NCBI GenBank assembly: GCA_044223005.1
Contig: JBGAML010000012.1
Coordinates: 88,392-152,391 of the forward strand
Direction: 5' to 3'
Length of the DNA: 64,000 nucleotides
Origin: Candidatus Eiseniibacteriota bacterium
Lineage (GTDB): Bacteria > Eisenbacteria > RBG-16-71-46
This document shows, one piece after another, positions 47,950 to 58,362 of the stretch. Under the pieces are notes generated by a model. It was not told where the DNA came from and ran no database searches. It saw only the letters and a program-made list of their open reading frames with translations. The translations under genes and the position numbers were made by a program. Position 1 is the stretch's first letter; the number at the start of each line of letters is the position of its first letter.

Positions 47950-50834
47950 ACGTCACCTTCACGCTGAACGGCGTCCGCCGCACGATCGACGCGGCCCCGG
48001 GCGAACGCGTTCGCGACCTGCTGCGGCGCGAGAAGCTCATGTCGGTGCGCAACGGCTGCGACGGCTCCGGCCAGTGCGGCATGTGCGCGATCGAGCTGGA
48101 CGGCAGGACGGTGCATTCGTGCCTGCTCGTCGCCGGGCAGATCGAGGGCAAGTCGATCCGCACCGTGGAAGCGATGACGAAGAACCGGCAGCTCTCGGCG
48201 CTGCAGTCGGCGTTCGTGGACGCGGGCGTGGTGCAGTGCGGCTACTGCACGCCGGCGCTGCTGCTGGCCGCGCAGTCGCTGCTGGCGCGGCACCCGGAGC
48301 CCACGCGCGAACAGGTGCGCGACGCGCTCTCGAGCGTCTTCTGCCGCTGCACGGGCTACGAGCAGATGTTCGCCGCGGTGGACCTCGCGGTGAAGCGCCT
48401 GCGCGACCCGGACACCGACGCGCCGCGGCCGCAGGAGTTCCGCGACGACCTGCGGATCGTGGGCAAGGTGGCGCGCAAGGTGGACGGCGCGCGACTCGCG
48501 CGCGCGGACCGCTCGTTCGTGGAGGACGTGGTCGCGCCGGACGCCTGCCACCTGAAGGTGCTGGGCTCGCCGCACGCGCACGCCTACATCAAGAAGATCG
48601 ACGTGCGCCGCGCGCAGGCCATGGCCGGCGTGGTGCTGGTGATCACGCACGAGAACGCCCCGGACGTCTGGTACAACCAGGCGGGCCAGGGCTTCCCGGA
48701 ACCTTCGCCCTACGACCGCCGCATGTTCGGCCGCAAGGTGCTGCACGTGGGCGACCGCGTCGCCGCCGTGGTGGCCGAGACGCCGGAGATCGCGGCCGAG
48801 GCGCTGAAGCGCATCAAGGTCGAGTACGAGGTGCTGAAGCCCGTGCTGTCGATCGAGGAGGCCTCCGCCCCCGGCGCGCCGGCGCTGCACGGCGGCACGA
48901 TCGAGTTCCTGGCCGGCGCTCCGGCCGACCTGGACAAGCGCAATCGTGGCCGTGACGCCCGTGAAGGCACGATCGTCTATCCGTTCCCGATCCACGGCGA
49001 CCCGGACCGCAATCTGGCCGCGAGCACGTCGGGCGGGATCGGCGACGTGGCCGTGGGCTTCGCCGAGGCCGACGTCACGATCGAACGCGAGTACCGCACC
49101 ACGCAGGTGCAGTGCACGCCGTTGGAACCCCACATCGTCTACACGCGCATGGAGGGCGACCGGCTCGTGATCCATGGCGCGACGCAGGTGCCGTGGCACG
49201 TGCGCCGGATCGTGGCGCGCGTGCTCGGGATCCGCGAGAACCAGATCCGCGTGATCAAGGAACGCGTGGGCGGCGGCTTCGGCGCCAAGCAGGACGTGGT
49301 GCTGGAAGAGGTCGCCGCGTGGGCCACGTGGGTGACCGGACGACCCGCGCTGTGGCGCTACACGCGCGAGGAGGAGTTCGTGGCCTCGCGCACGCGCCAC
49401 CCGATGACGATCCGCGTGAAACTGGGCGCGAAGCGCGACGGCCGGCTCACGGCGATGGAGATGCACGTGCAGGCCAACACCGGCCCGTACGGCGCCCACT
49501 GCCTGACGGTGCCGATGAACGCGTGCGGCAAGAGCCTGCCGCTCCTGCTCTGCGACCACGTGCACTTCGACGTCAAGAGCTGGTACTCGAACATCCCGCC
49601 GTGCGGCGCCTACCAGGGCTACGGCGCGCCGCAGGGCTCGTACGCCGTGCAGACGGCGCTCGGCGAGCTCGCGGAGCTGCTCGGCATGGACCCGCTCGCG
49701 ATCATGGAAAAGAACCGCGTGCGCGAAGGGATGGTCCTGGAGATCCTGCGTGTGCTCGGCGAGGGCCGCGACAGCACGCCGCAGCTCGTCGCGTCGTGCG
49801 GCCTCGGGCCCGCGATCGAGCAGGGCGCGGCGGCGATCGGCTGGGGCCGCAAACCGGCGAGCGACGATCCCGACGTCCGGATCGGCCAGGGCGCGGCGAT
49901 CATCCAGCAGGCCTCGGGCCTGCCGGGGCTCGACTCGTCCAACGCCACGGTCGCGCTGCTCGGCGACGGCACGTTCATGCTGCTCTCGGGCGGCACCGAT
50001 CTCGGCACGGGTCTCGACACGATGATCGCCAAGGTCGCGGCCGAGACGCTGTGCATGGACCTCGAGGACATCTCGCTCACCGTCGCCGACACGGACATCA
50101 CGCCGTACGACGACGGCGCCTACGCCTCCTCCGGCACCTACTTCACGGGCAACGCGGCGCTGCTGGCGGCGAAGGGCATGCGCGAGAAGCTGCTCGAGGT
50201 CGCCGCGGAGATGCTGGGCGAGCCGGTCGCGGACCTGAAGCTCGCGCACCGCGGCCGCGTCGTGGGCCGCACGGGCGAGGTGAGCTACCAGGACATCTCG
50301 CGCCACACGGTCTCGGGCACCGGCCGCGGACAGCTGTCGGCCACCGCGTGCTTCACCACCGACAAGGCGGCATTCCCCTACGGCGCGCACTTCTGCGAGG
50401 TGGGCGTCAACGTCCGCACCGGCGAGGTGAAGATCCGCCGCTACCACGCGCTGCAGGACTGCGGCACGCCCATCAATCCCGACCTCGCGCTCGGCCAGAT
50501 CTACGGCGGCGCCCTGAAGACGATCGGCCACTCGCTCTACGAGGAAGTGAAGCTCGACGCGAAGGGCCGCTGCGTGAACCCGACCCTGCGGGACTACAAG
50601 GTCCCCATGATCCGCGACGTGCCCGAGGACTTCCGCGCCGTGCTGATCGAGACCAACGACCCGAACGGCCCGTTCGGCGGCAAGTCGGTCTCGGAGATCG
50701 CCTGCAACGGAGCGGCGCCCGCGCTGGCCGCCGCGATCCACGACGCCACGGGCGTCTGGATCCGCAGCTGGCCGTTCACGGCGGAGAAGATCCTCGCCGG
50801 GCTCGGCCGCATCCCGGAAGGAGCCGCCCGATGA
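47946..50834 (+). CDS. xdhD: Molybdopterin oxidoreductase Mo/Fe-S subunit (XdhD/YgfN-like)
   Basis: GTG start overlapping the upstream stop. Motifs QCGYCTP, FCRCTGY, PEPSPYD, TQVPWHVRR, GGGFGAKQD, YQGYGAP, GAYASSGT and GKSVSEI. Confidence 0.87.
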   Translation: MNVTFTLNGVRRTIDAAPGERVRDLLRREKLMSVRNGCDGSGQCGMCAIELDGRTVHSCLLVAGQIEGKSIRTVEAMTKNRQLSALQSAFVDAGVVQCGYCTPALLLAAQSLLARHPEPTREQVRDALSSVFCRCTGYEQMFAAVDLAVKRLRDPDTDAPRPQEFRDDLRIVGKVARKVDGARLARADRSFVEDVVAPDACHLKVLGSPHAHAYIKKIDVRRAQAMAGVVLVITHENAPDVWYNQAGQGFPEPSPYDRRMFGRKVLHVGDRVAAVVAETPEIAAEALKRIKVEYEVLKPVLSIEEASAPGAPALHGGTIEFLAGAPADLDKRNRGRDAREGTIVYPFPIHGDPDRNLAASTSGGIGDVAVGFAEADVTIEREYRTTQVQCTPLEPHIVYTRMEGDRLVIHGATQVPWHVRRIVARVLGIRENQIRVIKERVGGGFGAKQDVVLEEVAAWATWVTGRPALWRYTREEEFVASRTRHPMTIRVKLGAKRDGRLTAMEMHVQANTGPYGAHCLTVPMNACGKSLPLLLCDHVHFDVKSWYSNIPPCGAYQGYGAPQGSYAVQTALGELAELLGMDPLAIMEKNRVREGMVLEILRVLGEGRDSTPQLVASCGLGPAIEQGAAAIGWGRKPASDDPDVRIGQGAAIIQQASGLPGLDSSNATVALLGDGTFMLLSGGTDLGTGLDTMIAKVAAETLCMDLEDISLTVADTDITPYDDGAYASSGTYFTGNAALLAAKGMREKLLEVAAEMLGEPVADLKLAHRGRVVGRTGEVSYQDISRHTVSGTGRGQLSATACFTTDKAAFPYGAHFCEVGVNVRTGEVKIRRYHALQDCGTPINPDLALGQIYGGALKTIGHSLYEEVKLDAKGRCVNPTLRDYKVPMIRDVPEDFRAVLIETNDPNGPFGGKSVSEIACNGAAPALAAAIHDATGVWIRSWPFTAEKILAGLGRIPEGAAR

Positions 50835-52309
50835 CCGCCCCTCGCTTCGCACTCGTGCGCGCGGAGTTCCTGCTCCCGCTCGCCGCGCCCGATCGCGGCC
50901 GCCGCATTCGCGACGGCTACGTCCTCACCGAGGGCGAGACCATCCGCGAAGTCGGCGAATGGACGCCCGAGACCGGACGGCGGATCCGCGAGGCCCACGG
51001 CGATTCGCTCCGGATCTTCGGCGACCCGAAGCCCGGCGAGGAGGTGCCGAAGCTCCGCGGCGTGCTGATGCCGGCGTTCGTGAAGGCCCACGGGCACGAC
51101 CACGAGCAGCCGCTCATCGGCATCGCCAAGGACGAGCCGCTCACCGACTGGCTCGACCACGCGGTGAACCCGTTCACGCGCTTCATGAACCGCGAGCGCG
51201 AGCGGCTCGCCGACGCGCTGGGCGCGCCGCCGCACGACGTGACCTACCGGCTGGCGCGCGTCTGCGACATCCACTACGGCATCACGGCGTGCATGGTGCA
51301 CCACTGCAACTTCAACAAGTACCACGTGAACGAGATCGCGCAGGTGAACGAGGCTGCCGGCACGTCGATGATCGTGGCGATCGGTGGCCAGGACCGTCAC
51401 TACACACCCGAGGCGCTCGACCGCCCGGAGCAGGCCATCGAGCGGCTCGACGCGGCGCTCGAGATCGGCGGCCTCACGCGCACGAGCTTCTGCCCCGGCC
51501 CGGACCAGTTCTTCTCCAACAGCCGCGCGATGCTGGTGCCGCTCAAGAAGTGGGCGCGCGAGCACGGCACGCTGTTCCACATCCACAGCGCCGAGGAGCC
51601 CAAGACCACGCGCTGGTTCAGCGAGGCGATCGAGCCCGGCCTCACCGAGGTCGAGTTCGCCGAGTCGATCGGCATCCTCGACTCCGACACGGTGCTCGCC
51701 CACCAGGTGAACTGCGGGCCGCGCGACATCGCGATCCTCGCGAGGACGGGCACCAAGATCGTGCACAACCCGCTCGCGAACACGATCCTCGGCTCGGGCA
51801 TGCCGCCGATCCTCGACATGATCGCCGCCGGCGTGCCGGTGGCCATTTCGACCGACGGCTCGGGCTCGGCGGACAACCAGAACATCCTCGCCGCGGCGCG
51901 GCTCGCGTCGCAGTACCAGAAGGCGCTCCACCAGGACGCCACGGTGCTCAAGGCGCAGCCGCTGCTCGAGATGATCACGAGCGTGGCCGCGGGCTACCTG
52001 CGCATGAACCAGGGCGAGCTCGCCCCCGGCCGCAACGCCGACTGGATCCTGCTCGACCTCGACCGGCCGAACCTGGTGCCGACGCGGCTCGACAACGTGA
52101 TGGAGAACCTGATCTGGGCCGCCGACGGCAGCGAAGTCGACCTGGTGGTCGCGCGCGGCCGCGTGCTCAAGGAGAAGGGCCGCGTCCTCCCGTTCGCCGA
52201 CGGCTCGGAGCCCGCGACGATCATGGCGCAGGCGCAGAAGCTGTCCGAGATGTTCGCGGACTACATGAAGACCGCCCCCGAGCTGACCGGCACGGGGGCG
52301 CACCAGTAG
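50831..52309 (+). CDS. Metal-dependent amidohydrolase (GuaD/MtaD-like deaminase)
   Basis: HxH motif (KAHGH), plus HIHSAE, LAHQV, HNPLAN..LGSG, STDGSGS and G.L.PG..AD. Confidence 0.8.
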   Translation: MTAPRFALVRAEFLLPLAAPDRGRRIRDGYVLTEGETIREVGEWTPETGRRIREAHGDSLRIFGDPKPGEEVPKLRGVLMPAFVKAHGHDHEQPLIGIAKDEPLTDWLDHAVNPFTRFMNRERERLADALGAPPHDVTYRLARVCDIHYGITACMVHHCNFNKYHVNEIAQVNEAAGTSMIVAIGGQDRHYTPEALDRPEQAIERLDAALEIGGLTRTSFCPGPDQFFSNSRAMLVPLKKWAREHGTLFHIHSAEEPKTTRWFSEAIEPGLTEVEFAESIGILDSDTVLAHQVNCGPRDIAILARTGTKIVHNPLANTILGSGMPPILDMIAAGVPVAISTDGSGSADNQNILAAARLASQYQKALHQDATVLKAQPLLEMITSVAAGYLRMNQGELAPGRNADWILLDLDRPNLVPTRLDNVMENLIWAADGSEVDLVVARGRVLKEKGRVLPFADGSEPATIMAQAQKLSEMFADYMKTAPELTGTGAHQ

Positions 52310-52330
52310 TGGTGGAGGCGTGACCGGGCG

Positions 52331-53716
52331 ATGCGTGTCGTAGCGGTGCTCCTGGCGGCGGGTTCGTCCCGGCGGTTCGGCGGCGACAAGCTGCGCGCGC
52401 CGTACCGTGGCAAGCCGCTCGTCGAACACGCGCTCGGCGCGCTGGCGGGCTGTCCGGGGATCGACGAGACGCTGCTCGTCGTGCGCCCGGACACGCCGCC
52501 CGCGGCCGCGCGACCCGGCGTCCGGCTCGTGCCCAACGCGCGCTACGCCGAGGGCATGGGCACGTCGCTGCGCACCGGGATCGAGGCCGCGCCCGTGGAC
52601 GCCGACGCGTACCTCGTGGCGCTCGCCGACATGCCGGGCACGACGCCCGCGCTGGTCGCGATGCTGCTCGCCCGCTGGGCGGCGGCGCGAGAGAAGATCG
52701 TGGTGCCCGTGCACCACGGCCACCGCGGCCATCCGGTGATCCTGCCCGCGCGATTCCGCGGCGAACTGCTCGCGCTCGCGGGCGACGTGGGCGCGCGCGG
52801 GATCCTGCGCGCGCACGCGGACGCGGTCGAGGAAGTGCCCGTCGACGACCCGGCCGTGCTGTTCGACGTCGACCTGCCGCACGACCTGCCGTGGGCGGGT
52901 ACGAGCGCGCCCGGCTCGCGCGGCCGCGTGCTGGTGAAGGGCGCGGGCGAACAGGCGTCGGCGGTCGGCCACCGGCTCTTCCGCGCGGGCTACCGCGTGG
53001 CGATGACCGACATCGCCCGCCCCACGGCGATCCGGCGCACGGTGTCGTTCGCCTCCGCGCTCTACGAGGGCGCGATCGAAATCGAGGGCGTGCGCGGCGT
53101 GCGCCACGCGCTCGAGGACGTGGCGGCGCTGCCGGACGAAGCGTGGGACCACGTGGTGGTGTGCGCGGATCCGGAGGCGCGGCTCGTCGCGCGCTGGAAG
53201 CCGGACGCGATCGTGGACGGCCGCATCCTCAAGCGGAACCAGGACAACTCGCCGGCGGACGCGCCGCTCGTGATCGGGCTCGGGCCCGGGCTCGAGGCCG
53301 GCCGGCACGTGCACTTCGTGGTCGAGACGAACCGCGGCCACGATCTCGGGCGCGTGATCGCGCACGGCGCGTCGCAGCACGACACGGGCGAGCCGGGCGA
53401 CATCGGTGGCTACACGCACGAGCGGCTGCTGCGCGCGCCGGCCGACGGCACGTTCGAGACCGCGCGCGCGATCGGCGAAACGCTGGCGATGGACGACCTC
53501 GTCGGTACCGTGGCGGGCCAGCCGGTGCGGGCGCGCGTGGCCGGTGTGCTGCGCGGCCTCATCTGGCCGGGGCTCGCGGTGACGGCAGGCATGAAGATCG
53601 GAGACGTGGATCCGCGCGGCGACGCACGCATGTGCCGGACGCTGTCGGACAAAGCCCGCACCATCAGCGGTGCGGTGTTGGAGATCGTGGTGGCCCATGA
53701 GACGCGAATCGGATGA
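52331..53716 (+). CDS. yqeB: Fusion of MocA/YgfJ-like molybdopterin nucleotidyltransferase and YqeB selenium-dependent Mo hydroxylase accessory protein
   Basis: N-half: LLAAGSSRRFG..KL, GMGTSL, LADMP, GHPV, GDVGAR. C-half: AIRRTVSFA, GLGPG, ETNRGHDLGRVI, GVLRGLI, KIGDVDPRG, SDKAR.I.G.VL. Confidence 0.85.
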   Translation: MRVVAVLLAAGSSRRFGGDKLRAPYRGKPLVEHALGALAGCPGIDETLLVVRPDTPPAAARPGVRLVPNARYAEGMGTSLRTGIEAAPVDADAYLVALADMPGTTPALVAMLLARWAAAREKIVVPVHHGHRGHPVILPARFRGELLALAGDVGARGILRAHADAVEEVPVDDPAVLFDVDLPHDLPWAGTSAPGSRGRVLVKGAGEQASAVGHRLFRAGYRVAMTDIARPTAIRRTVSFASALYEGAIEIEGVRGVRHALEDVAALPDEAWDHVVVCADPEARLVARWKPDAIVDGRILKRNQDNSPADAPLVIGLGPGLEAGRHVHFVVETNRGHDLGRVIAHGASQHDTGEPGDIGGYTHERLLRAPADGTFETARAIGETLAMDDLVGTVAGQPVRARVAGVLRGLIWPGLAVTAGMKIGDVDPRGDARMCRTLSDKARTISGAVLEIVVAHETRIG

Positions 53717-54479
53717 TATCCTCGCGGTGCTCGGCGTTCCCGGCCGGCGCTGTGTGCACCTGATCGGCAGCGGCGGCAAGACCGCCCTGATGTTCCTCCT
53801 CGCTCACGCCGTGGCCGGCGAGGGCCGGCGCGTGGTCACGACCACGACCACGAAGATCGCGCGCCCCGCCGACGGCGAGACCGAAGCGCTCGTGCTCGCG
53901 CCCGAACGCGCGGCGCTGCTGCCGCGGCTGCGCGAGGCGCTCGCCCCGCACCGCCACGTGACCACCGCCGCCGAGGCGATCGAGGGCGAAAGCAAGCTGC
54001 GCGGGCACGCACCCGAGACCGTGGATGCGATCGTCGACGCGGGCCTCGCGGCGCTCGTGCTGGTCGAAGCCGACGGTTCGCGCGGCCAGGCGCTCAAGGC
54101 GCACCAGAGCCACGAGCCCGTGTTCGCCTCGCGCACGGATCTCGTGATCGCGGTCGTGGGCCTGTCGGTGATGGGCGCGCCGATCGACGAAGCGCACGTG
54201 CACCGCGCGCCGCTGCTGCGCGAGCGGCTGCACCTCGCCGCCGACGCGGTCGTCACGCCGGGCACCGTGGCGGGGACGCTCTTCCATCCCGAGGGCTACC
54301 TCGCGCGCGTGGCGCCCGACGTCGAGATCGTCGTCGTGCTCCACCAGGCCGACTCGCCGGAACGCCAGCTCGCCGGCGCGCACGTGGCCGCCGCGATCCG
54401 CACCGCGGACCCGTTCGGGCGCGTGGGCCGCGTGATCGTGGGCGACGCGCGGGAGCGCCGTTTCGAGCGCCGCGCGTAG
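53697..54479 (+). CDS. yqeC: YqeC selenium-cofactor accessory protein
   Basis: Motifs IGSGGKT, VVTTTTTKI and LVEADGSR..LKA....EPV. Confidence 0.85.
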   Translation: MRRESDDILAVLGVPGRRCVHLIGSGGKTALMFLLAHAVAGEGRRVVTTTTTKIARPADGETEALVLAPERAALLPRLREALAPHRHVTTAAEAIEGESKLRGHAPETVDAIVDAGLAALVLVEADGSRGQALKAHQSHEPVFASRTDLVIAVVGLSVMGAPIDEAHVHRAPLLRERLHLAADAVVTPGTVAGTLFHPEGYLARVAPDVEIVVVLHQADSPERQLAGAHVAAAIRTADPFGRVGRVIVGDARERRFERRA

Positions 54480-54595
54480 CGGCAACGCCACCGGGCCCGC
54501 CCGGGCGCGCGGATGGACGCGCCGCCCGGGCGGGCCCTACCATTGAGGTTGCCGGCCTCCGGGAATTCGCCCGCGAGCCCTCCCGCGAGACCTCC

Positions 54596-57241
54596 ATGCG
54601 CTCCCGCTTCCCCGCCCTGCTCCTGCTCGCCGCGCTCGTGCTGCCGGCCTCCGCCGCCGCGCGCGACATCCGCGACGAGATCTTCTACCAGGTCATGCCG
54701 ATCGCGTGGCGCGACTCCGACAACGACGCGCAGCGCTTCGGCGACTTCGGTGGCATGACCGCGGGGCTGCCCTACCTGCAGGCGCTGGGCGTCACGAGCA
54801 TCTGGTCGACGCCGGTCTTCGACTCGCCGGCGTACCACGGCTACCAGCACATGCCGGCCAAGTTCCTCAATCCCCGCTTCGGCAACGAGGCGCAGTTCCT
54901 CGCATACATCGCGGCGGCGCACGCCGACAGCATCAAGGTCTACACCGACTGGGTCGCCTACGAGACGAGCCAGAACAGCACCTACTTCACGAGCTCCTAC
55001 GGCAATCCCGCCTCGCCGTACACGAGCTGGCTCGCGTACACGAACGCCGCCAACACCACGTTCTCGGGCGGCTCCTACACGACGTGGAACGGCGCCACCG
55101 TGGGCAGCATCCGCTGGAACCTCAACAACGCGGTGGTGGTGGATTCGCTGATCCGCTGGACCGGGCACTGGCTCGATCCCAACGGCGACGGCAATCCCGC
55201 CGACGGCGTCGACGGCTTCCGGCTGGACCACGTGCTCGCCGACGAGGGCAACGGCTACAACCTCGCGTTCTGGAGCACGTGGAAGAACGCGATGAAGGCC
55301 GTGAACCCGAACGTGTTCACGTTCCCCGAGCAGGCGGACTGGGGCTCGCACGGTACCGAGCTGATGGGCCCGCACGACGCCACGTTCACGATGCCGTTCA
55401 TGTTCGCCGCGCGCGCCGCGCTGTCGGCGCAGAACGCCTCGGGGCTCTACTCCGAGATGCGCTCGGAGATCGCGGCGCTGCCGGCCGGCAAGACCTACCT
55501 CGCGATCATCGGCAACCACGACGTCGACCGGCTCTCGTCCAACACGGGCAACGTCGCGGCGCGGAACAAGGTCGCCGCGGCGATCCTCATGACGCAGCCC
55601 TTCCCGCCGTGCATCTACTACGGCGACGAACTCGGCATGCGCGGCACCAAGGGCAACTGGGGCACCGACGCCGTCGACATCCCGTTCCGCGAGCCGTTCA
55701 AGTGGAACGCGGTCGCGGGCGCGCCCATGTCCAACTACTTCATCCTCAACACGTCGGCGTACAACGCGCGCGCCGAGCGCGACAACGACGGCCGCTCGGT
55801 GCAGGAGCAGACCGGCGTGTCGACGTCGCTGCTCGAGACCTACCGCTCGCTGATCGCGCTGCGCAAGGCGCACGCGGCGCTCCGCCGCGGCGACTACGGC
55901 GAGATCCCAGCCTCGAGCTCGGCGGTGTGGGCATTCGCGCGCACCGCGGCCGGCCAGGAATCGCTGATCGTGGCGATCAACCTCTCGAGCGTGGCCGTGA
56001 CGCCGACGCTCGACCTGTCGGCGTTCGAAGTCACCGGTGGGTCCACGCCCGTGCGCAACGTGATCAGCGGCGCCTCGCTCCCCGCGCTCACCGACGCCAA
56101 CAAATCCGCGTATTCGGTGAGCATCCCCGCGTACGGCTGGCTCGTGCTGAACGCCGCGATCACGCCCGGGCCGCCGCCGCCCCCGTCGCCTTACGACGGC
56201 CGCAACATTCCGTCCGATTTCGCGCCGGAGCTGCTCGTGGGCACCCAGAACGCGGCCACGTCGATGGGCGACAACGTCGCGGAACTGGACCAGATGTTCG
56301 TGCGCCCGCAGGCCGACGGCCTCGCGGTCGGCGTCACCGGCAACCTCCCCACCGACGGCACGGCGCTCGCGCTCTTCTTCGACACCATGGCGGGCGGCCA
56401 GGACTCGCTCTCGATCGCCGCGTTCACGCAGCCGCCCAACGGCGTGCCGCAGATGACCGGCCTCGGGTTCGACGCGGGCTTCGCGCCCGACCGGCTGCTG
56501 TGGGTGAACCCCTATTCGGGCACGGTCTACGTCGATCACTTCACCCTCGCCACCGGCAGCGGCGGCGCGCATCGCTACCTGGGCTCGACCGTGATGAACT
56601 CGGGGTCCCCGCTGCTTTCGGGCGGCACCAACACCTACGGCACGCTGGTCGCATTCGACGACAGCAATGCCGCCGGCGTCACCGCGGCGAGCGCGGCCGC
56701 CGCGGGCACGGCGACGTACGGGTTCGAAGCGAAGATCGCGTGGCAGGACCTCGGTCTCGCCGGTCCCGGCACGCCGGTGGGCGTGGTCGCGGCGATCGTG
56801 CACACCGACGGCTCGATGGGGAACCAGTTCCTGCCGCCGCTCGGCGCCGGCGCCGCGAACCTCGGCCTCGCTCCCGTGTCGCTCAAGACCGTCGCCGGGG
56901 CGCAGTTCGCGACGATCGGCACGGCGCTCGCGGCACCCGAGGCGGCGAGCACGCACGCGCACGTGGCGGTGCGCGCCGCACCCAATCCGTTCCGCGACGG
57001 CACGACGCTCCACTTCGGGCTCGCGCGCGGCGAGCGCGTGCACATCGACGTGCTCGACGTGGGCGGCCGCCGCGTGCGGGCGCTGGGGCCGCGCCTCATG
57101 GACGCGGGCGCGCACACCGTGGTGTGGGACGGCCGCGACGACGCCGGCCGGCGTGCCGCGCCGGGGCTCTACTTCGTGCGGATTGCGGGCGAGACGTGGC
57201 AGGACACCGCGCGCGTCGCGAGGGTCGAGTCCGGCCGCTAG
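54596..57241 (+). CDS. Secreted GH13 alpha-amylase-family protein with an extra domain and a FlgD/T9SS-A-like C-terminus
   Basis: Signal peptide. Motifs GDFGG, YHGY, GVDGFRLD (nucleophile), FPEQ (acid/base), GNHD and IYYGDELGM. C-terminal PNPF...WDGRDDAG...PGLYFVRI. Confidence 0.9.
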   Translation: MRSRFPALLLLAALVLPASAAARDIRDEIFYQVMPIAWRDSDNDAQRFGDFGGMTAGLPYLQALGVTSIWSTPVFDSPAYHGYQHMPAKFLNPRFGNEAQFLAYIAAAHADSIKVYTDWVAYETSQNSTYFTSSYGNPASPYTSWLAYTNAANTTFSGGSYTTWNGATVGSIRWNLNNAVVVDSLIRWTGHWLDPNGDGNPADGVDGFRLDHVLADEGNGYNLAFWSTWKNAMKAVNPNVFTFPEQADWGSHGTELMGPHDATFTMPFMFAARAALSAQNASGLYSEMRSEIAALPAGKTYLAIIGNHDVDRLSSNTGNVAARNKVAAAILMTQPFPPCIYYGDELGMRGTKGNWGTDAVDIPFREPFKWNAVAGAPMSNYFILNTSAYNARAERDNDGRSVQEQTGVSTSLLETYRSLIALRKAHAALRRGDYGEIPASSSAVWAFARTAAGQESLIVAINLSSVAVTPTLDLSAFEVTGGSTPVRNVISGASLPALTDANKSAYSVSIPAYGWLVLNAAITPGPPPPPSPYDGRNIPSDFAPELLVGTQNAATSMGDNVAELDQMFVRPQADGLAVGVTGNLPTDGTALALFFDTMAGGQDSLSIAAFTQPPNGVPQMTGLGFDAGFAPDRLLWVNPYSGTVYVDHFTLATGSGGAHRYLGSTVMNSGSPLLSGGTNTYGTLVAFDDSNAAGVTAASAAAAGTATYGFEAKIAWQDLGLAGPGTPVGVVAAIVHTDGSMGNQFLPPLGAGAANLGLAPVSLKTVAGAQFATIGTALAAPEAASTHAHVAVRAAPNPFRDGTTLHFGLARGERVHIDVLDVGGRRVRALGPRLMDAGAHTVVWDGRDDAGRRAAPGLYFVRIAGETWQDTARVARVESGR

Positions 57242-57338
57242 ATCGCGACCGGGGCGGGGCGCCGAGGCAGGGGCACGCGGCGGTGCGAGGACACCGGTCG
57301 CGTGGCGGCCCTCGACGCCCCTCGGGGGACGCCCGGGC

Positions 57339-57653
57339 CTACTTGACCAGGTTGAAGCAGTCGATCGTCCAGTCCACGCCGCGCTTGGGGTCGTTCGCGC
57401 GGATCTCGTGGGGGTCGACGATGACTTCTTCCTCGAGCACGCCGACGATCTGCAGCCCGGAGAGATCCAGGATCACTTCGTTGTCGTGGAACTGGATCCG
57501 GCAGTCGTAGGCGCCGTAGGTCGTGCTGACGGCCTTGCCTTCGTACCAGCGGCCGTCGACGGAGCGGCCGTTGTAGCTGGCCGCGAAGGCAGGGGACGCC
57601 GCGACGAGGGCGAGCAGCAGGGCGGCGAGGACGGTGCGAGCGGCGCGGGGCAT
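57339..57653 (-). CDS. Small hypothetical secreted protein
   Basis: AGGAG RBS, signal peptide ending PAFA, two Cys in the mature part. Confidence 0.7.
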   Translation of the reverse strand: MPRAARTVLAALLLALVAASPAFAASYNGRSVDGRWYEGKAVSTTYGAYDCRIQFHDNEVILDLSGLQIVGVLEEEVIVDPHEIRANDPKRGVDWTIDCFNLVK

Positions 57654-57833
57654 GCGGATCTCCTGGACTGGGACTCCGCCCGGTGTCGGGAAGAAGCGTA
57701 CCGCGCGCGCAGACCCGGCCCAGCGAAAAGCCACCAGCGCGGGTCGCGGAGGCCCCGGGTGCGGGGCCCGCAGTCACGGGCGCCGTGGCCGGAAATCCGC
57801 CCGGGCGCTACCTGCCCGGCCGCCGCGCCGGGT

Positions 57834-58355
57834 TCAGGCCTCGCCGTCCGCCTCGTCCGGGGCGTCGTCCGCGGCCCGCTCCGCGAGCCGCAGCGCCGCC
57901 TTGCGCTTCTTGCGGAAGAACTCGCGCAGCAGCTCGCCGCACTCGTCCTCCAGCACGCCGCGCGTGATCTCGACGCGGTGGTTCAGGCGCCGTTCGCCGG
58001 TCACGTCGGTCACCGAGCCGCAGCCGCCCGCTTTGGGATCGGTCGCGCCGTAGACGAGGCGGCCCACGCGCGAGAGCACGATCGCCCCGGCGCACATCGA
58101 GCAGGGTTCCAGCGTCACGTAGAGTGTGCACTCGTGCAGCCGCCACGAGCCGAGCGCGTTGGAGGCCGCGCCGATCGCCAGGATCTCGGCGTGCGCGGTG
58201 GCGTCCTGCAGCGATTCGACCTGGTTGTGCCCGCGCCCGATCACCAGGCCGTCGTGCACGATCACGCAGCCGACCGGCACCTCGTCGCGTGCGAGCGAGG
58301 CGTGCGCCTCGCGCAGCGCGGCGCGCATGCCGGCGTCGTCGTCGTGCACGATCAC
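57834..58355 (-). CDS. tadA: tRNA adenosine(34) deaminase
   Basis: Motifs EVPVG, DATAHAE, LYVTLEPCSMCAGA, GATDPKAG and LNH. Confidence 0.93.
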   Translation of the reverse strand: MIVHDDDAGMRAALREAHASLARDEVPVGCVIVHDGLVIGRGHNQVESLQDATAHAEILAIGAASNALGSWRLHECTLYVTLEPCSMCAGAIVLSRVGRLVYGATDPKAGGCGSVTDVTGERRLNHRVEITRGVLEDECGELLREFFRKKRKAALRLAERAADDAPDEADGEA

Positions 58356-58362
58356 GAGCGGT

